A program made the position numbers and the translations under genes. Of a stretch of DNA of 64,000 nt, positions 60,042 through 64,000 are shown piece by piece. Below the pieces are notes generated by a model. The model was given only the letters and a program-made list of their open reading frames with translations, did not search any database and was not told where the DNA came from. Source of the DNA: Pirellulales bacterium (GTDB lineage Bacteria; Planctomycetota; Planctomycetia; Pirellulales; JAICIG01); the NCBI GenBank assembly GCA_963786255.1, contig CAWAYY010000042.1, positions 35,751 to 99,750 on the forward strand, read 5' to 3'. Every line of letters begins with the position of its first letter. The stretch's first letter is position 1.

Positions 60042-62155
60042 TTACCGCTTCGTTCCCGGAGCGTTTTTCAGCGGGCGTCCTTGAGCGTCGACCGGATCGA
60101 TAATTCGCACACGACCGGCGCCGCCGGCCAAAGCGACCAGGTCGGGCAGATCGTACGTCTGCAGCGCGCCATGAACCGTGTTGATCAACTGGTTCTCCGG
60201 AATGGGCGTAGCAACAACGTCGTTCCAACTGGCCAGCGTTTCGTGCAGCGTGGTGCTGGCGAACTTCCCGGGCGAAAGTGCGGCGGCGTGCAAGGCCGGT
60301 ATGCCGGCGGCGCCGCGAGCCACGAGATGCACTTTGTTCGCTTTGAGTTTTCGGGCGAGCAGATCAGTCGCGGCCAGCAGGTCTTCCACTCGCAGGCCGA
60401 CGAAGGATTTGCCGTTGAGATACGCCAGATAATATTCGCGAATGTTCGGGCCGAACAACTCGCCCGACCAATCGCGGCGGCCCGGCGCCGCACGCGTGGC
60501 GCCCAAACCGCTCAGATCGACGACGGCCACGGTCTTGCCTTCGTGCAAGTAGCTTTTCAGCGGCTCCTCGCTGGAATTGGCGGCGGCCACGCCTTCTTCG
60601 CTGACGTAAATTACTAACTCGCCATTTGGCTCCGCGGGACGTTCAATGCCGACCAGCAGCGGCACGCGGTGCGGCCGCAGCAGCCACATCTGTTGTTTGC
60701 AAGTCGACGGTGCGGGTTGTTCCGCAACGGCGCCTGGGCGCTGACGGCGGGCGCCTGGGCGACGTCCACGCCGATTCGCTCCGCAATTTCCCCGCGGAGC
60801 GCATCAGGCGACGTCTTTTCTCGCTGGACCTGCCGCTTATCCGCCAACCGGGCCGCCCACTCGCGGCTCAGATCGAACACCGAGCGCTCGCCTGGCATCA
60901 GCAGCACCTGGCCCTGTGGAGAGCATTGCAGTTCGACAGGCGCATAGATGGGGAATTCTTGTTCTACCACTGCGTCGTCAACGCCCACCATCCAGCGGCG
61001 CATCCAGCGCACGGCTCCTTCGCGCAAGTGGATGGTGAAGCCATGCACGTCGTCGGTCTCGACCAGGTCGACGCGCTCCGGAAATCCCAGCCGGCCGTAA
61101 AACCGCTTCGCTTCCCGAAACAAGTCCCACGTGCCCGAAATGTCGAACGTGGCGTCGCGCGTGGCCGCCAGAATGCAGACGGGTCGCGGAGCGGTGATCG
61201 TCAGGTAGTCGGCTTCGTCCATGCCGAAGCCCAACTGGCCGAAGATGTTTTGTTCGGCGTCTTGCGGGCCGACCGTTTCCAGCAGCCGGCGGTAGCTGGT
61301 CAGAAAGCAGCCCGGCGCCGCGCAGGCGATCCGATCGTCGAGCGCCATCAAATAGCTCGACTCGGTGCCGCCGCCCGAGTTGCCGGTGACGCCGATCCGC
61401 TTGGGATCGATGTCGCTGCGCGACAGCAGGTAATCGACGCTCCGCATGGCGTCCCACACGCGGTAATGAGCCGTGTTGGCGCCGAGCAGCACCGGTCCGA
61501 TGCCGACGAGCGTATGCTCTTCGACCGGGTTGTACTGCGGCGCCGCATCGGGCGTGAGCTTCTGCACTTCGACCAACCGCGCGTTGGGCCGCTCGGACGT
61601 ATGCTTGCCGGCGCGACCGGAGACGTTGAGCACCTGGTAGCGCTCGCCTTGCCCGATCGGATCGAAGCACAACGCCGCGACGCCGTGCTTGGCCATCAGG
61701 ATGCCCGCGCACTGGTAGCCGTCGGCCGACTTGCCGCCATAACTATGGCCGCAGCAGACGATCACTGCCGGATGCGGCGCCTTGCTCTTGGGCAGGTACA
61801 ACACGGCCGTCACATGATGGCCAGGCCGGCTCTCGTAAATCACCTTCTCCACCGTGTGATCGCCGCCGTCGATCGTGCCGGTCACCTGGCTCGCCGGACG
61901 AGCCGGCGCGGGGACGCCGCCGATCTGCTCGATAAAGAACTGCTTGCGGGCCGCCTGCCAGGCACGCGCATCTTCCGCCGTCTTGATCTTTTCAAACGCC
62001 TCGCGGCGGCGGTCGATGGCGGCGAAGGCGTCTTCTATCAGCATCTCCGTCAGCCAGGCAGAGGGAGAACCCGACGGTAGCGCGTTCTGTGCGGCGGCAG
62101 CGGCATTCGGATCGGCGCCCAGGGCCAGGGCGAGCAGCAAGGAGGCGAAGTGCAT
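60042..62155 (-). pseudogene. secreted alpha/beta-hydrolase (acetyl-xylan-esterase/AXE1-like), frame-disrupted as sequenced (1 lesion near 60714)
   Basis: The ATG at 62155 gives MHFASLLLALALGA. Nucleophile elbow: IGVTGNSGGGTES. The C-terminal roughly 215 aa are in ORF 60042..60689. Confidence 0.6.
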
Positions 62156-62267
62156 GGCGGGCAAACCTTATGAGGTGGGCAAAAACCGTCGGATCGACGG
62201 CCAATGGAATTCCGGCAAGAGGATTATCAAAAGCAAGCTCGTTCGCCCGACGTCGCGCCACACCGCT

Positions 62268-63590
62268 TCAGGGTTTCGCAGCTTCAAGCTTCTCCGCGGC
62301 GGAGTTTGGAGCCGCGGCTTTGTCTGCGGCGGTGGCATCGACCAAATCGTGCACCTTGCCGACGATCCGTTCTTCGACGTCGAGCGTATAATCGTTCTGC
62401 GCTTCGTAGCCCCCCTCCACCGCGACGCGGCGGCTGGGAATGTAGCCGGAGTAGTCGTTCGAGTAGCCGGCGACCCAGACGGCCGGCGATTCGATCTCAG
62501 ACTTCAACCGCAACGAATAGTCGACGACGGTTTCGCTTCCCAACGCCACCAGCGTGAGCAAATCGCCCAGGCGGATCACCTGCACCGGGTAGATGTGCGT
62601 CGGCTTGTCGTTGTTGCGGGTCAGCTCCACCTCGCCGAATGCGGCGTCGATCGATCCCGTCAACGGTCGCGAACCGGCCAGCATGGCGGCCACCACGGAA
62701 TAAGCCAGCGTCTTGCCGTGATGCTCCGCCAGTTCCAAGGGAAGCTTGCCGGGAACCTCGCCGTTGCGGGGATACGGGTTCTGATCGCCGCTGCAGCCAT
62801 TGACAAACATCGCCACGGCGTCGGGATAAGCCTGCTGCAAGGCTCGCTGGGCGAAGCCGGCGTAATCGCCGTTGAACATGTATCGGGGCTCCTCGGGCGG
62901 TAGCGTTACGGAGCTGAGCGTCGTATTGTGGCACGCATAGCCGAAGGCGACCGCCACCAGCTTCTTGTCGGCATCGTGGACGCAGAGCACGGGCACGGCG
63001 TGATCGACCGGCCCGTCATACTCAGGTCGGTTGATATAGCCGCGCTCGCTGGGTCGGCGGCGGTTCATGGCAAAGCCGCAACGCCCGCGAGCATACGCAA
63101 CGCTGGCCGGCGCCAGGCGCTCAAGCGCCTGACCGACGATCTGCACCAGGCTCTGCTCCAGAAAAGCCTGATACCGTTCGGCTTCTTGCTCTCGCCCGGC
63201 GCGGGGCCGATACTCCGGACCGCAATGCGTGTGCGATGCGTTCAACAACAGGCGTTCCGGCGGCAGTTTGTATTCAGCCTGGCAGCGCTCGGCCACAGCA
63301 TCGCGCACGTTGCGGCGGATGCCAATCAGATCTGTCGTGACCAGCACCAGCGGCGCGCCGTCATCGGCCTTGAGGGCCAACGCCTTGGCGTACAAATCCA
63401 AGGCCACGCCTTCCGAAGGCTTCTTACGGCCCGCATAGCCCGACATCCACATGTCTTGCTTGGGCGTAATCACGGCGCTCGCCGCGCCTGCCTGCCAACT
63501 CGCGCTCTCATCCGCCGCCGGTGCGTCTCCGGCAGATGCGAAGGCAGCGAACCCTAGCCAGGCTACAGCCGAAAGACTCAACATCCGCAT
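62268..63590 (-). CDS. neutral/alkaline non-lysosomal ceramidase N-terminal-domain family protein (secreted)
   Basis: The ATG at 63590 gives MRMLSLSAVAWLGFAAFASA...AGAASAVITP...WMSGYAGR...LYAKALAL...LLLNASHTHCGP. The track start 63641 is an alternative. Confidence 0.6.
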   Translation of the reverse strand: MRMLSLSAVAWLGFAAFASAGDAPAADESASWQAGAASAVITPKQDMWMSGYAGRKKPSEGVALDLYAKALALKADDGAPLVLVTTDLIGIRRNVRDAVAERCQAEYKLPPERLLLNASHTHCGPEYRPRAGREQEAERYQAFLEQSLVQIVGQALERLAPASVAYARGRCGFAMNRRRPSERGYINRPEYDGPVDHAVPVLCVHDADKKLVAVAFGYACHNTTLSSVTLPPEEPRYMFNGDYAGFAQRALQQAYPDAVAMFVNGCSGDQNPYPRNGEVPGKLPLELAEHHGKTLAYSVVAAMLAGSRPLTGSIDAAFGEVELTRNNDKPTHIYPVQVIRLGDLLTLVALGSETVVDYSLRLKSEIESPAVWVAGYSNDYSGYIPSRRVAVEGGYEAQNDYTLDVEERIVGKVHDLVDATAADKAAAPNSAAEKLEAAKP

Positions 63591-63721
63591 GTGTGCGTTA
63601 CTCCTGGTCTGCGCCCGGAAACGTTCTGGCAGCGACTTCATGGCAGCATAAGCCGCGGCCAGCGGTGCATCAATAGCCTTTGATGGATCGGTCGGATAGG
63701 ATGGGATGCGTCAAAGGAGCA

Positions 63722-63893
63722 GGCATACTCCGTATGCCGTCCAGCCGCGTCCCGCGGCGGCGCGTGTTGCGGTTCGATGGGGAATAAAATGCATCAGTCG
63801 TCGGCGGCGCTGCATGGAAGCCTGCAACGCCGCGGGGGCCTTTGCGAATTAGAATGCCAACCGGCCGCCGCCGGGCGGTACATGGAATGTGCC
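63722..63893. promoter_or_regulatory. two 7-bp-stem hairpins with 3-nt GGA/TCC loops in the divergent intergenic region
   Basis: GGCATAC-TCC-GTATGCC (63722-63738; the loop reads GGA on the minus strand) and GGTACAT-GGA-ATGTGCC (63877-63893; the loop reads GGA on the plus strand). A further AGGAAT lies 8 nt before the ATG at 63939. Confidence 0.35.
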
Positions 63894-63938
63894 TGCTACT
63901 TTGGGCGCATCAGCACCAAACATCAGGAATCCCCGCTC

Positions 63939-64000
63939 ATGCCATTCGCCCGTCTAGCATCGATCTGCTTGCTGTCGCTCGCAATGCTCTTGCTTTTACA
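63939..64000 (+). CDS. 5' end of a secreted or membrane protein (signal-peptide-like), continues past the right edge
   Basis: ATG 63939: MPFARLASICLLSLAMLLLL... Confidence 0.4.
   Translation, partial: MPFARLASICLLSLAMLLLL

Noticed and set aside
1-64000. CRISPR arrays, rRNA genes, transposases or IS elements
   Set aside because: Reading both strands, I found no regularly spaced direct repeats, no rRNA-like segments and no transposase or integrase motifs.

Overview
High-GC chromosomal segment whose gene content and sequence idioms point to Planctomycetota, probably Pirellulales-like. The evidence is an IEPLEERAMLS-type N-terminus on a DUF4214 giant protein, DUF11 and DUF1080 proteins, a sulfatase, a PVC-type dehydrogenase/CxxCH protein and a long TolC-like OMP. 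Left to right the window holds: a PQQ-propeller gene fragment, yjbQ, the nagA-tmk-holB run, an orphan TolC-like gene, a two-gene hypothetical operon and a thioredoxin-like/CAP fusion. Next come a DUF11 surface protein and a cyanophycin locus (cphA divergent from an ABC exporter plus DUF1854). These are followed by SDR, PoxB-like TPP enzyme, PPC/DUF296, a PQQ propeller, the DUF4214 giant, hemH, a cNMP-binding patatin, tRNA-Glu and csrA. A respiratory complex I membrane/Q-module cluster follows: nuoI+DUF2203, then nuoA-C-D-H-J-K-L-M-N, with no nuoB/E/F/G. The right end holds a ferritin-like gene, TatD, a sulfatase, a DUF1080/DUF2961 protein, aroE, a heavily decayed TerD-domain gene, a three-CxxCH dehydrogenase, an esterase and a ceramidase-like gene. 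I saw no CRISPR array, transposase, integrase or rRNA. The dominant unusual signal is about 50 single-base frame disruptions in 17 genes, while about 25 kb of interleaved genes, including the whole 11-kb nuo operon, read through cleanly. Other candidates for follow-up: the uncharacterised cyanophycin-associated ABC/DUF1854 pair, the TerD-like pseudogene, a small membrane ORF with an in-frame TGA inside a SECIS-like hairpin, GGA-rich CsrA-type leaders, and mirrored GNRA-tetraloop hairpins between convergent genes. All calls come from reading translations and motifs by eye; no searches or computations were run. Start codons and frameshift positions are approximate (about +/-10 nt).
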